From NCBI RefSeq assembly GCF_963921235.1, contig NC_086108.1:10788001-10852000 (forward strand): DNA of 64,000 bases. The letters are read 5' to 3'. How positions within the stretch are numbered: the first letter of the stretch is position 1; every line of letters begins with the position of its first letter. The notes under the pieces were generated by a model that saw only the letters and a list, made by a program, of their open reading frames with translations, searched no databases and was not told the origin of the DNA. The DNA comes from Mobula hypostoma (lineage: Eukaryota). Positions 1-12,306 of this stretch are shown here, one piece after another. Both the position numbers and the translations under genes were made by a program.

Positions 1-1150
1 GAACAGTGTGGAGGGAGATTGATGCTGTATATCACCTGTACTGACTCTGCCCTGGGAGTGTGTGATCGGACAGTGCGGAGGGAGTTTGATACTGTATATC
101 ACCTGTGCTGACTCTGCCCTGGGAGTGTGTGATCGGACAGTGCGGAGGGAGTTTGATACTGTATATCACCTGTACTGACTCTGCCCTGGGGGTGTGTGAT
201 CGAACAGTGTGGAGGGAGTTTGATACTGTATATAACCGGTACTGTCTCTGCCCTGGGAGTGTGTGATCGGACAGTGCGGAGGGAGTTTGATACTGTATAT
301 CACCTGTACTGACTCTGCCCTGGGAGTGTGATCGGACAGTGCGGAGGGAGTTTGATGCTGTATATCACCTGTACTGACTCTGCCCTGGGGGTGTGTGATC
401 GAACAGTGTGGAGGGAGATTGATGCTGTATATCACCTGTACTGACTCTGCCCTGGGAGTGTGTAATCGGACAGTGCGGAGGGAGTTTGATACTGTATATC
501 ACCTGTACTGACTCTGCCCTGGGAGTGTGTGATCGGACAGTGTGGAGGGAGTTTGATGCTGTATATAACCGGTACTGTCTCTGCCCTGGGGGTGTGTGAT
601 CGGACAGTGCGGAGGGAGTTTGATACTGTATATCACCTGTACTGACTCTGCCCTGGGAGTGTGTGATCGGACAGTGCGGAGGGAGTTTGATACTGTATAT
701 CACCTGTGCTGACTCTGCCCTGGGAGTGTGTGATCGGACAGTGCGGAGGGAGTTTGATGCTGTATATCACCTGTGCTGACTCTGCCCTGGGAGTGTGTGA
801 TCGGACAGTGCGGAGGGAGTTTGATACTGTATATAACCGGTACTGACTCTGCCTTGAGAGTGTGTGATGGGAGCGTATAGAGGGAGATTTCTATTGTATT
901 TAACATATACAGTCCCCACCCTGTGAACGGTTGATCAGACAGTGCAGACGGAGTTCGATACTATATATAGCTAGTTCTGTCCCTGCTCCTGGGCGTGTGA
1001 GATCCGACAATGTTGACAGAGTTTGATACTGTACATAGCATGCATTGTCCCTGTCCTGGTTGTGTGTTATGAGACAATTCAAAGTAACCTTGCTTTATAT
1101 CTTACCTGTGCTGTCCCCACTCTGCAAGAGTTTAATGCTGACTCTGGTTT
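1..1150. repeat. 67-bp tandem minisatellite, homogeneous to ~850 then degenerating
   Basis: Unit GGAGGGAGTTTGATACTGTATATCACCTGTACTGACTCTGCCCTGGGAGTGTGTGATCGGACAGTGC recurs every 67 bp (e.g. CAGTGCGGAG at 71 and 138); the array runs off the left edge of the window. Confidence 0.95.
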
Positions 1151-2019
1151 GGAAAACTGTTCCAACCCCCAGCACTCTCATCGCTCACCTTTATGAGAGC
1201 ACACCAGCCATAAATGTCGGCAGTTGTGGTGCAGAGGATTCACTTATTATTCTGATAGATCTTTTCTTTTTGTGTCGATTCATCAGTTCTGAATAACTCC
1301 AGTCGCTGCACATCGCACTGTCATTAGCACGCCAATACTTTGTACTCTATCTGCCTCAGGACAACACTGAGTACAAGAGGACGTTGTAATGACAGACTCG
1401 GAGAACTGACAATCAACAGGATTATTCAGGAACTTAGGTCAGACGGGGAAATGAACAGTCAATGTTTCAGATCGGGACTGAAAGATAGGGGGAAGATTGC
1501 TGGTAGAAAATGATGAAGGGAGTGGATGGGACAGGTGATAGGTGGATGCAAAATTGGATTTGATTCCGAGTTTGAGGAGATTTGGTGTGTCACCAAAGAC
1601 ACTCACAAATGTCTACAGATGTACCATGGAGAGCAATCTAACCGGCTGTGTCAACATCAGAGACTGGGAGATGGTAGTCTACGAGGTAGCATTGAATCCA
1701 TATTTTATTACAAGTTAGAAGGGAGCCAGTTGGTATCTTGGAGCACACCAGCATTGCCATACATTTTGTCCACCATCTGCTTCCCTGGGAAAAAATTTCT
1801 CTCGCGTGTCCATTAACAGCCACACGATTCTTTAGCCACCCACGCATTGGGAGTATTGGGAGCATTGCCCCGTGGCTTATTAACCTGGCCTGATGATAAT
1901 TGGGAGCACCCAGGGAAACCTCAGGGGTGACAGGGGGAACGTGCAAACTCCACACAGACAGAGACTGAGACAGGATCAAACACAGAACTCCGGAACTGTG
2001 AGGCAGTGGTTTGTCCCTC

Positions 2020-2670
2020 CCCACCTCAGACCTTACCACCCCGCCCATCAGACTATCCTGCCGCACCATCAGACCAAAACAGCCACCATCAGACCTCCCT
2101 GCAGCACCACCAGACTGCTTCCCACCATCAAGACTGTCCTGCGCCACCATCAGGCCATTTAGTCCACCAACAGACCATCCTTCCACACCATCACAGCATC
2201 TACTCCAAAATCAGAGTGCCCTCTCCCTACCTTCTGACCACCCTGCCACAACATCAGACCACGTATTCCACCATCAGACTGTCCCGACAAACCGTACCGC
2301 ACCACCATCAGACCGTCTTGCCACAGCATCAGACTTTTCTGCCCCAGCATCAAATTGACCCACCACAGCAACAGACTGTCCTGTCGCATCATCAAACCAT
2401 TTAATTCACCAACAGACCATCCTCCCACACCATCAGAGCATCTACTCCAAAATCAGAGTGCCCTCTCCCTACCTTCTGACCACCCTGCCACAACATCAGA
2501 CCACGTATTCCACCATCAGACTGTCCCGACCCACCATCAGACCTTCTTGCCACAGCATCAGACTATCCTGCCCCACCATCAAATTGACCCACCACAGCAA
2601 CAGACTGTCCTGCCGCATCATCAAACCATTTAATTCACCAACAGACCATCCCTCCCCACTATCAGACAGT
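2020..2670. repeat. Degenerate ~21-bp minisatellite (CACCATCAGACTGTCCTGCC-like) with ~230-242-bp higher-order duplication
   Basis: Many CATCAGAC cores; the block start CCATTTA(G/A)T(C/T)CACCAACAGACCATCC recurs at ~2155, ~2397 and ~2627. Confidence 0.85.
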
Positions 2671-2729
2671 CCCGCGACTTTTCCTCTGGGAAGTCATGGC
2701 ATGGATTTTATGTTTTAAAATGTTGATGG

Positions 2730-3595
2730 TGTTACGTAGCCCGTAACTGGGTTGCCAAACCAGCAGAAATGGATCACTCAGTTGGAGTCTGGATTACTAG
2801 ATCTAAGAAAGTTTTATTAAAGAACCAAGCAACACAGTAATCGAAAGGATAATAAATGCAACAGTTCAGCGATGATAAACACACATGTGCACAGAATTAC
2901 GATAACAGGATCAATCAAGCTCTATCGTTGTCTAGGGGTAAATGACCAATTTCAAAGTGACACAAAAGTCCAGTTCGATTTAGTTCAGTTCGCAGTAATC
3001 GTTGCCATGGCGATAGACAACGTGGGGGGAGGGAGAGAGAGAATGAGAACAACTGATCATTCAGAATGGCTTCCACTCACAGACTGGCGATATGGCTCAC
3101 AAGCAGCTTCCGGGCGGGTCCTTTGTGATGTCACCTGAGGTCACCGACTGTGACCCCTCCTCCAGATGCGGTCGATCCTCTGCAGTGAACCCGGCACCCA
3201 AGCGAGGGCGGACACACACCGGGTTCCCGCTGATCGTACCATTCCACCCTGTGCGTTGTCCCGTACTTCCCACCAACTCGTGAGAGGCGCACCGCTTCCA
3301 GGGTCTCGTTACCTCGAGTGTTGTGTGTGTCGTGTGTGTCCTGCCTTAGCGAACCTGTCCCTTTTTATCCCCCTGCTGGGGTATCGCCTGTCCATCACTT
3401 CAAACAGTTCAGGGTTCAAAGGGGGAGCCGCTCTTGACAATACCCAGACTGATGGCTCCTTCATTAACACCTCCAAATGCTGCTCCATTGTTCCTTATCT
3501 CTCCCTCCCCTGAGGTCAGGTGGCAGACCACTGCTGATGCCACTGGTTCAAGCCCAGGCCAGCAAACATCTTAATTTATGTGTATTCTCGTCACA
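2730..3595 (-). repeat. 3' LTR
   Basis: TGTTACG...GTCACA on +; highly similar to 6837-7705; directly adjoined by the minus-strand polypurine tract (+ CTTCCCCCCTTT from 3596). Confidence 0.95.
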
Positions 3596-3716
3596 CTTCC
3601 CCCCTTTAAGGATTTTTACCGGGAGGTAAAAATTACAAACATGAGTACATTATTTGATACACACACAAATATACATCTTTATCAGCTATTTGGCTAACAC
3701 AGCCAGTTTGAAGTTG

Positions 3717-4838
3717 TCAACACCTTGACAGACAGTCATCACAGTTTCTGTTCCTTTTATATGTGTTATTAATAATCCCTTAGACCAGGCTCCAACTCAG
3801 CAAACTTCATAGTGGCCAAAAACACTGATGAATTGCGATCAATGTAACCTCTCATTTGGTTTTGTCCCGGACCACAATAACAAGGGTCGTCCCATTCCGC
3901 CTCAGTTTTCTCTCGCAAGGGCTTAGTAGGAGGGGGAGGGGTAGTGACCGCAGAGTTATTGCAAAACTTCCCACAGTACCCCACCATCTCCAAGAGCCTT
4001 CTGAGGGCCCTCTTGTCTGTCGGGGTTGGGAGGTCAGCGATAGCCTGCACTGTAGCTTGCATCACTGCCAGCTGCCCCTGTGTCACCACAATTCCCAGGT
4101 AAGTGACCTTCGCGTGGCCGAACTCATTTTTTTCAAGGTTCACTATCAAGCTGGCTTCAGACAGCCGTATTAAATTGCCAATACACACCTCTGGGTTCAT
4201 CAGCCCTTTAGTCACTGAATTACTCATTATATATGAATGTTGTTTACTAGGCTGACCTATTGTAACAGACACCACCCAACGTCCCAGTTTTTTGCATCGC
4301 CTCGGGACAATCAAACACACGGGTGCGAGTCGTTTAATTACTTCTCCTAAAGAGCCGCTTTGTTCGGGGATTAAGGGAGAGACCTTATCAGTAGACCTGG
4401 CCAAAACAATAGCCTTCTCCCATCTGATCGGTCCCATACTAATCTTTTCAAAATGGTTTTTTTCTCTTATCGGGGGCCCCTAGCTTCATTGATTTCCACG
4501 CTAACACCGACTAGATTTGTTAGCATATCAAAAGCCTGTGACTGTCTCAGTTCGCGTCGGTTATGATCAATAACATCCTTCACCTTGGGCAGCCGGTAAA
4601 TCTCTTTCATGATTCCACCAACTGTTTCCTCCAGCACCGCAAAATGTCCACCGGGGGGTACCTCGTGGGCCATGTTAAAAACCTCATCCCCATAACTGTT
4701 TTGCACCACCCCCCATTCCTCATCTGCGGGTACGGTACTTGGTCTCCCTTTCTTCCTTAGCACTTCCTCCTCCGCACAATAGCCTACTAGTTCCCTTATC
4801 AAGTTTGCATCAGAGAGAGCTGTCTCTGCCGAAACCAT
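3717..4838 (-). pseudogene. Deleted pol remnants: integrase Zn-binding, partial RT, RNase H C-terminus
   Basis: AHEVPPGGHF (integrase His pair); NLEKNEFGHAKVTYLG...LPTPTDKRALRRLLEMVGY (RT thumb); HIKGTETVMTDCLSRC* at ~3717-3765 (RNase H end). No YxDD or DDE core is visible. Confidence 0.8.
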
Positions 4839-4994
4839 CAGCCCCTCGTCTCACTCCCGCGTCTGCACAAATTCTTTCCTGGCTACTGCTACGTCTGTCC
4901 CAGCTCTCTCACTACCTCTTGTCTCACTACACTCCTCCTTTTCATTTTCTACCCCCTTCTTGTACAAGGTTGGCAGATTCAGCTAAAGCAAGGT

Positions 4995-6737
4995 TTAGCA
5001 AGGTTCAGCTAAATTTACCACTGCAGCTAAATTCAGTACCGCAGCCCCATGATGAACCTGTGAGTCCATGGGCAGGGCCTCACCGCTGGCAGGCTGACCT
5101 GTCAATCTCACGATTGGGAACACGATTCCCCCGGCGACGTCATTACCGAGCAAGACTTCCACGCCTTTCATCGGTAATTCGGACCTCACCCCGATTGTGA
5201 CTAGTCCAGAGACCAGGTTGCTTTGTAAGTGTATCTGGTGCAAAGGGACTAACTCTGTCCCTTCCCCAACACCTTTGACCTTTACCTCCCCAGTCTGGGT
5301 CTCCGAGCTAAACTCTAATACACTCTTCAGTATTAGTGACTGACACGCTCCCGTGTCTCTCCAGATCCGCACTGGAACTGGTTTTAACCCCTCCTTCACT
5401 GACACCAATCCGGCCGAGATAAACCTCTCGCGCCCTTCCTGAACTTTGGCAGACCTGTCCTTCCCTAGCGGTTCGCTTAACAGCTCAATACAGTCATTCA
5501 AAATCGTTGTCTTCCCTTTTCCCGTCTCCTTCTTTGGGGCAAAGCACCTGGACGCAAAGTGTCCGACTTTCCGGCAATTATAGCAGACGATCCAAGGAGA
5601 CTTCCTGCCAGACTGCTCCCGGTCTACCTTATCCTTTTCACTAGTCCCCGGCTTACTTTCTGACTTTTCCGGCGGACTCTCCCGGCCGTCCTGACTACCC
5701 TTCTGGTAGTCTTTACTCGGGGCAAACTTCATTTTATGCGTCAACGCATACTCATCCGCTAACTTAGCAGTTGCGACTAACATGGCTGCCTCTTTCTCAT
5801 CGAGGTAGGGCCTCATACCCTCAGGGACACAACCTTTAAACTGCTCAATCAGGATCAGCTGTAGCAGTCTGTCATAATCACCCTCTATCCCCTTCGAGGC
5901 GCACCAACGCTCACAATATGTCTGCATCTCACGGGCAAACTCCAAATACGTGTGGTCCCACTGCTTCCTCGCATTCCGGAACCTCTGCCGGTATGCCTCT
6001 AGGACCAACTCATAAATCCTGGGGATGGCCTCTTTCACCACCTCATACCTCTGGGCATCTTCTGCGGACAAAGCCGAGTAAGCTCCTTGGGCTTTCCCTT
6101 TCAGTACACTTTGAAGCAAAACAACCCACTTATCCCTCGGCCAGTCCTGACTTATAGCCACTTTTTCGAAGTGGAGAAAGTACCGATCCACGTCGGTATC
6201 GTCAAATGGGGGAACCAGCCTAACCTCCTGGGTCGCCCGAAACCCTCCACCTTGGTTCGGCATGAGCCCCTGTTCGGCCCTTAACTTTAACTTCTCCAGC
6301 TCAAATTCCCTTTCCCTCTGCCTCTCTTTCTCTTCTCACTCCCATTGCCTCTCTTTCTCTTCTCTCTCCAACTGTCTCTCCCTCTCTCTCTCTTGCCTTT
6401 CTAACTCTTTCTCTTTCTCCCGCCTTTCTAACTCTCTCCCTTTCTCTTCCCGCTCCAACTGCCGTACCCGGAACTCGTGCTCGAGTCTCAGTTTTTCGAG
6501 CTGCACCTGTACCGCATCTCCAGCAGGTTTTTCAATAGACACCACCCCCAGCTCGCCTTGGGGAAACACACCTTTAGATACATAGTGCTCTACGATAGCT
6601 CTGTGTATCTCCTCTCTCCTCATTGTTGACTTCCCCTTAGCAAGATTCAACCGTTTGGCCACAGCTACCAATTCCGATTTCCTGGCATCCTCTAATGCCT
6701 CCAAGGTCGGCGCCGTTATAAATTCCTCAGCCTCCAT
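4995..6737 (-). pseudogene. Retrotransposon gag-protease ORF with one in-frame TGA (6336-6338)
   Basis: ORFs 6336-6737 and 4995-6263 are in the same frame. Features: E/R-rich coiled coil, capsid/SCAN-like segment (LIEQFKGCVPEGMRPYLDEK...AKLADEY), CCHC knuckle (CYNCRKVGHFASRC), aspartic protease (RDTGA...LLGND). Confidence 0.9.
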
Positions 6738-6806
6738 TTCTGCTGTTTGTCTCTTCTTTCTTTCAGGAATTTTAACCCAATCAATTTACTCCGTCCCAAA
6801 TTTAGC

Positions 6807-6832
6807 GTTCAAAATCCCGGACGAGAACCCCA
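6807..6832 (-). promoter_or_regulatory. Primer-binding site, tRNA-Pro-like
   Basis: Minus strand reads TGGGGTTCTCGTCCGGGATTTTGAAC 4 nt after the 5' LTR; the canonical tRNA-Pro PBS is TGGGGGCTCGTCCGGGAT. Confidence 0.85.
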
Positions 6833-6836
6833 CTTA

Positions 6837-7705
6837 TGTTACGTACCCCGTAACTGGGTTGCCAAACCAGCAGAAATGGATCACTCAGTTGGAGTCTGGA
6901 TTACTAGATCTAAGAAAGTTTTATTAAAGAAACAAGCAACACAGTAATCGAAAGGATAATAAATGCAACAGTTCAGCAATGATAAACACACGTGCACAGA
7001 ATTAAGATAACAGGATCAATCAAGCTCTATCGTTGTCTAGGGGTAAATGACCAATTTCAAAGTGACACAAAAGTCCAGTTCAATTTAGTTCAGTTCGCAG
7101 TAATCGTTGCCATGGCGATGGACAACGTGGGGGGAGGGAGAGAGAGAGAACGGGAATGAATGATCATTCAGAAACGGTTTCCACTCACAGACCGGCGATA
7201 TTGCTCACAAGCAGCTTCCGGGCGGGTCCTTTGTGATGTCAGCTGATGTCACCGACTGTGACCCCTCCTCCAGATGCGGTCGATCCTCTGCAGTGAACCC
7301 GGCACCCAAGCAAGGGTGGACACACACCGGGTTCCCGCTGATCGTACCATTCCACCCTGTGCGTTGTCTGGTACTTCCCACCAACTCGTGAGAGGCGCAC
7401 CGCTTCCAGGGTCTCGTTACCTCGAGTGTTGTGTGTGTCGTGTGTGTCCTGCCTTAGCGAACCTGTCCGTTTTTATCCCCCTGCTGGAGTATCGCCTGTC
7501 CATCACTTCAAACAGTTCAGGGTTCAAAGGGGGAGCCACTCTTGACAATACTCAGACTGATGGCTTCTTCATTAACACCTCCAAATGCTGCTTCATTGTG
7601 TGCCTTATCTCTCCCTCCCCTGAGGACAGGTGGCAGACCACTGCTGATGCCACTGGTTCAAGCCCAGGCCAGAAAACATCTTAATTTATGTGTATTCTTG
7701 TCACA
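6837..7705 (-). repeat. 5' LTR
   Basis: TGTTACG...GTCACA on +; contains a minus-strand AATAAA (~6920) and a TATA-like GATAAAA (~7470). Confidence 0.95.
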
Positions 7706-7939
7706 ATGGTCACTGGTTCATGTTTAATAACTGTACAGGAGGCATCATGTGTCGAGTAAGCAATGTGATTGGCCTTCCCTTGTCATGAAACTTTTTCCGT
7801 TGAGCACTGGACTTGGAGAGGTTCAGAAGAACCACACCCTGTCCTATTCAGCAGAGATGTTGGGAGGGTTTTCAAGGGAGTCTCCTGTTAGGTGTATGTC
7901 CATGGTTTGTGATCTAATGGGATTGTCAGTAGAGAAGCT

Positions 7940-8540
7940 CAAAGGTCCATTTATTATCCAAGTATACAACTCTGAAAACCTTCTTCTCCAGATAGCCGTG
8001 AAACCAAGAAAGAAAAGAATGGCAGCACGATCATCGACCCCCAAATCCCACCTCCCCGCACAAAACAATGAACAAAAATGGAACAGGCACATCAACCCCA
8101 AATTCTCCTCACCGTGCACAGATAAATGAGATAGATCAGGCTCAAAACACAGAATACAAAAAAAAAGTCCGCAGTCCAAGCCAACATTCAAAAAGCAGAA
8201 AACCTGGGCAACATTCTCCCTTTCCATAGCAGAGAGATCTCACCAGCAATAAAAAGGTAGGCGGCCAGCTTTTCAATCTCCCTTGCCACTTTAATCAGTG
8301 AACAACGCAAGATTTAATTGGCAAAATTGAGTCAAACATCAGCTTGCAGCTTACTCGCCACGAGGTTCCCGTACGCTGACTCTACCTTCTGGAATCCCCT
8401 TGGAGACTGCTGAAACACCCATATGATTTCCAAACTTCAAATTACAACATCCAAGACAAAAATCAAATGTAAGAGGCTTAAAACAAGTGAAATATACAGT
8501 TTCATGATCTATCCAGAAAATGTTGACAAAGGAGCATTGA
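7940..8540 (-). mobile_element. ORF-less non-LTR-derived element (AAGATGG head, Rex1-type tail), degenerate
   Basis: Tail-side motif TTTATTATCCAAGTATACAACTCTGA is shared with many local repeats; the other end is CACCATCTTGAC, as at ~14831. Confidence 0.5.
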
Positions 8541-8599
8541 ATGCAGGCACCATCTTGACCGGGACGAGGACCAAAAGGGCTTCTGCCCTTTATTAGTCT

Positions 8600-8905
8600 G
8601 GGGTAGGATTGAGAGGGGAGAGACTCAGAATAGAAGGGTGTCTCTTTATGTCAGAAATGAGGATGGATTTCTTTAGCCAGAGGATGGTGAACCGTGGAAT
8701 TCATTGCTACAGACAGCTGTGGATGCCAAGTCATTAGAGATTACAGTAATAGATTCTTGATTCATCAGGGCGTCAGAAGATTATGGGGAGACGGCAGGAG
8801 AATGGGTTGAGAGGGATAATAAATCAGCCATGATGAAATGTTGGAGCAGACTCGATGGGCTGAGCAGCCTAATTCTGCTTCTATGTCTTACGGTCTTATG
8901 ATCGT
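8600..8905 (+). mobile_element. CR1-type LINE 3' fragment
   Basis: CTCAGAATAGAAGGG...TTTCTTTAGCCAGAGG...GGGCTGAGCAGCCTAATTCTGCT...TCTTATG tail, repeated many times in the window. Confidence 0.75.
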
Positions 8906-9456
8906 CATCATCTTGGTGAGAGGTGAATGACACTTCTTCGTTCTCCTGTCCCCTATCCATCAGAGATTGGTGTTTAATATTCAGTTTAAAACACAGAACA
9001 GAACCGCACAGGGCAGGCCATTTGGCACACGTTGTGCCTATCTTAGTGCCAATTTATACAAAGAATTGAAGTTGGTTAGTGTCAGGATCATGGAGAATTT
9101 GAGGGAAGTGCTTTTGGTTAAGGAACAGTGGGAGTTTGGAGCAGTCAATCTGGGAGATGCGACAGGCAAGGACCTCAGCAGTGAGGAAGGACATGGGTGA
9201 GCTTCAAAGCTGTGGATGGTGACGTGGCAAGAGACCATTTGTGGTCTTTAGGGACAGTTGTAAGTGTGTAAATCGGAAAACTGACAATACACAACTTCCT
9301 TAGAGTGTATCCCTGCGACAAAGAACAGAACAGCAATGAACAAGACATTCTATCCACAATATTGTGCTGATCCTCATCTAATTTATACTGAATGTTCTCC
9401 ACCTGGGTATGATCCATATCCCTCCATGTTCATGTAATTGATGTGTCTATCTAAAA

Positions 9457-9870
9457 GGCAGGGTGCTGGAGTGGAGATTTGTCTCTACCAAAGGAGGTGT
9501 AAGGCTCTCCTTCCCTCTGCGAGCCTGCAAGTCACCCTTGGGTGAAGTGCAGTACTTGGGCGAGGTGCAGTACTTGCTTACCTCCCCCCCCCAACCCCCC
9601 CCCCCAGATCAAGGTCACATGAAACCATGAGAGCAGGTGGTGGATGGTTGTATGAGCAGCTGGGCAATATCACAAGTCCTGGTTATGTGATCACTGATGC
9701 CAGGCAGTCAACCTCTGAAGAGTATTAATAATAGCTGGGGTTGCCCTTTTTGTAAAGACACTGCCCAGAAGAAGGCAATAGCAAACCACTTCTGTAGAAA
9801 ATTTTACCAAGAATGATCATGGTCACCATAATCACCCATATCACATGACATGGCACGTAATGATGATCAT
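9457..9870 (+). mobile_element. RTE-related non-autonomous element with (TGA)n tail; other copies at 10938-11140 (+) and ~36170-36500 (-)
   Basis: Three mutually similar copies; GAAGGCAAT(A/G)GCAAACCACT motif typical of RTE-derived short elements; tail ATGATGAT. Confidence 0.65.
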
Positions 9871-10044
9871 CTTCAGCTAAAAAGCTCTTAAACTTTAAAC
9901 TTCCTATTTTCACTGCTATCCCTGGTTACCCATCTCAGGGGCATGTTTATTTAATCTCTGGGTAAAAAAAAAACCTTCCCTTTATGTCACTTTTAATCTT
10001 CCCCTCTCTAACCTTAAAAGTATGTCCTCTGGTGTTTGACATGG

Positions 10045-10270
10045 GGGGTGGGGGTGCAGTAACAAAGCGGTTACCGCCATGCTTTATGGCGCCTGCAATC
10101 AGGAATCGGGGTTTAATTCCCACTGCTGTCTATAAGGAACTTGTACGTTCCCTCTGTGACCATGTAAATTTCCTCCAAGTGCTCCAGTTTCCTCCCACAT
10201 ACCAAAAACAGATGGTTCAGGTTAGTGAGCTGTGGGCACTCTATTGGCACTGGAAGTGTGGTGATATTTG
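10045..10270 (+). mobile_element. HE1/V-SINE-like fragment
   Basis: GTACGTTCCCTCTGTGACC...TTTCCTCCAAGTGCTCCAGTTTCCTCCCACA central-domain motif, similar to 52754-53005. Confidence 0.6.
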
Positions 10271-11259
10271 CAGATATAAAGCTGATCTTTATTTATATTT
10301 CCAGCATGGGGAAAGTCAACTCAGGTTTAGTATCAGTGGCATATGCCGTGAAGTTTGTCGTTTTGCAGTGGAAGTACATTGCAGTGCATCAAAAAAACTA
10401 TAAATTACAAAAAGAATATGCAATGTACAGTATATATAGCTAGGGCACCTAAGACTTCTGCCCAATACTTTATTGGTCAACGTGGAGTGGAGAGCAAGTT
10501 TGTAAATCTGGTGGAAGCAAAGGGTGTTGGGAATGGTGAGGGTGGAGCATGTGGGAGTGGTGTGGGACAGGTGGCAGAGAAGGAGTGATGGGATGGGGTT
10601 GGAATTGTGCAGGTGCAGACACACCCAGCCCTGAGACACCAGGCAAGGTCATTTGATTGCAAACAGTTGGTTTATTGATCATTACAGAATGTCTCTCTGG
10701 TGCCTCCAGCTCCTTCCCCTCACTCTTCCCCTTTTTCCAACCATGATTCCCCTCTCCCTGCCCCCTTCCCACTCTCAGTCCACAGAAGAGACCAATTTCT
10801 GAATCAGGTTTATCATCACTCACATATGTCATGAAATTTGTTTTTCTTTGTGGCAGCAGTACAGTGCAATACATAATATTGCTACAGTACTGTTCAAAGG
10901 GACAAGTATCTTATACACAGCAATCAAAAGAACAGAAGTCCTGGTTATGCGACCACTGACGCCAGGCAGACAATCTCTGAAGGGTATTGATAATGGCTGG
11001 GGTCACCCGTCTTGCAAAGAAACCGCCCAGAAGGCGGCAATGACAAACCACTTCTGTAGAAAAAATTGCCAAAAGCAATTATGGTTATGTTTAGATCATG
11101 ATTGCCCGTCGTATGACTTGGCACAGAATGATGATGGTGTTGATTGTGCTGAAGTCTTAGGCACACTAGCTGTATATAGGTATGTGGCCCAGTGTTGTGA
11201 TTAAATAAGTAGCGCAGAAAGAGACCAAAACAAATACTGAGTTAGCATCCATGGTTTGT

Positions 11260-11930
11260 TTCAAAGTTCAAAGTAACTTTTATTGTCTAAGTACCTATGT
11301 GTCACCATATACAACCCTGAGATTCATTTTCCTGTGGGCATACTCAGCAAATCTACCGAACAGGATCAAGGAAAGATCAACCAGACTGCAGAGGACAACA
11401 AACCCTGTAAATGCAAATATCAATAAATAGCAATAAATAACATGAAATAACAATATAAAGAGTCCCTCAGTGAGATAATTGGTTGTGGGAATATTTCAAT
11501 TATGGGCAAACGAGTGTAGTTATCCCCTATTGTTCAAGAGCCTGATGGTTGTGGGGTAGTGTCTGTCTGTGAACCTGGTGGTGAGTCCTGAGGCTCCTGT
11601 ACCTTCTACCAGCAACGAGAGCAGAGCATGTCCTGGGTGGTGAGGATCTCTGATGATGGATGCTGCTTTCCTATGACAGTGTTTCATGTAGGTGTGCTCA
11701 ATGGTTGGGAGGGCTTTACCCGTGATGGACTGGGCCGAGTCCACTACCTTGTGTAGGATTTTTCGGTCAGAGGCATTGGTGTTCCCATACCAGGCCGTGA
11801 TACAGCCAGTCAGTACACTCGCTGATATACACCTATAGGAGTTTGTCAAAGTTTTAGATGACATGCCAAATCTTCGCAGACTCCGAAGGAAATAGAGGTG
11901 CTGTCATGTTTTATTTCCAATGGCATTTAC
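11260..11930 (-). mobile_element. Rex1/Babar-type LINE 3' fragment
   Basis: Translation ...SVLTGCITAWYGN...KAASIIRDPHHPGHALLS; (TTTGAAC)n-like tail. Similar fragments at ~15120-15300 plus 15830-16170 (-), 22510-23290 (+), 33915-34760 (+), 47120-47840 (-), 51845-52680 (+) and 60100-60510 (-). Confidence 0.75.
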
Positions 11931-12306
11931 ATGTATGTTCATTGTCCGTTCAAATGTTCTGACTTGCTGCTGTTGAGTCCTGATGAAGGGTCTCGCCCCA
12001 AAGCATCGACTATCTATTAATTTCCATAGATGCTGCCTGACCTACTGAGTTCCTCCAGCACTCTGTGTGTATTGTTGCTATACCTTAGGGTCCTATGTGG
12101 GAGAAGGCAGGAGAATGTGGTTGAGAAGGTTAATAACTCAGCCATGATGGAATAGCAGAACAGAGTTAATGGGCTGAATGGCCTAATTCTGCTCCTATGC
12201 CTTATGGACTGTCTAAAATTTAAACTGGTTTAAGCGAAGTCCCCATTAACAACACTCCATTTTTCAAGAGATGAATTTGACTAACTGAAGGCTTTCTGTC
12301 TTTCAG

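Larger units (their letters stand above)
2730..7705 (-). mobile_element. Gypsy-superfamily, Gmr1-type LTR retrotransposon; both ends intact, pol internally deleted
   Basis: Two ~867-bp direct repeats with TG...CA ends; ATGG target-site duplication at 2726-2729 and 7706-7709; PBS and PPT in the expected places; gag-protease followed by integrase, RT and RNase H remnants in that order. Confidence 0.95.

Noticed and set aside
166..1082. Repetitive ORFs (MIYSIKLPPHCPITHSQG...)
   Set aside because: Translations of the 67-bp tandem repeat; the unit is not a multiple of 3.
1638..2718. H/Q/P-rich ORFs on both strands
   Set aside because: Products of the ~21-bp minisatellite; no splice or domain evidence.
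3166..3513. Plus-strand ORF duplicated at 7274-7684
   Set aside because: Lies within the LTRs, antisense to the element; its stop position differs between copies and it has no recognisable domain.
6336..6338. Possible programmed stop read-through in gag
   Set aside because: Falls early in gag, within the coiled-coil repeat, and is simply explained by a CGA>TGA mutation.
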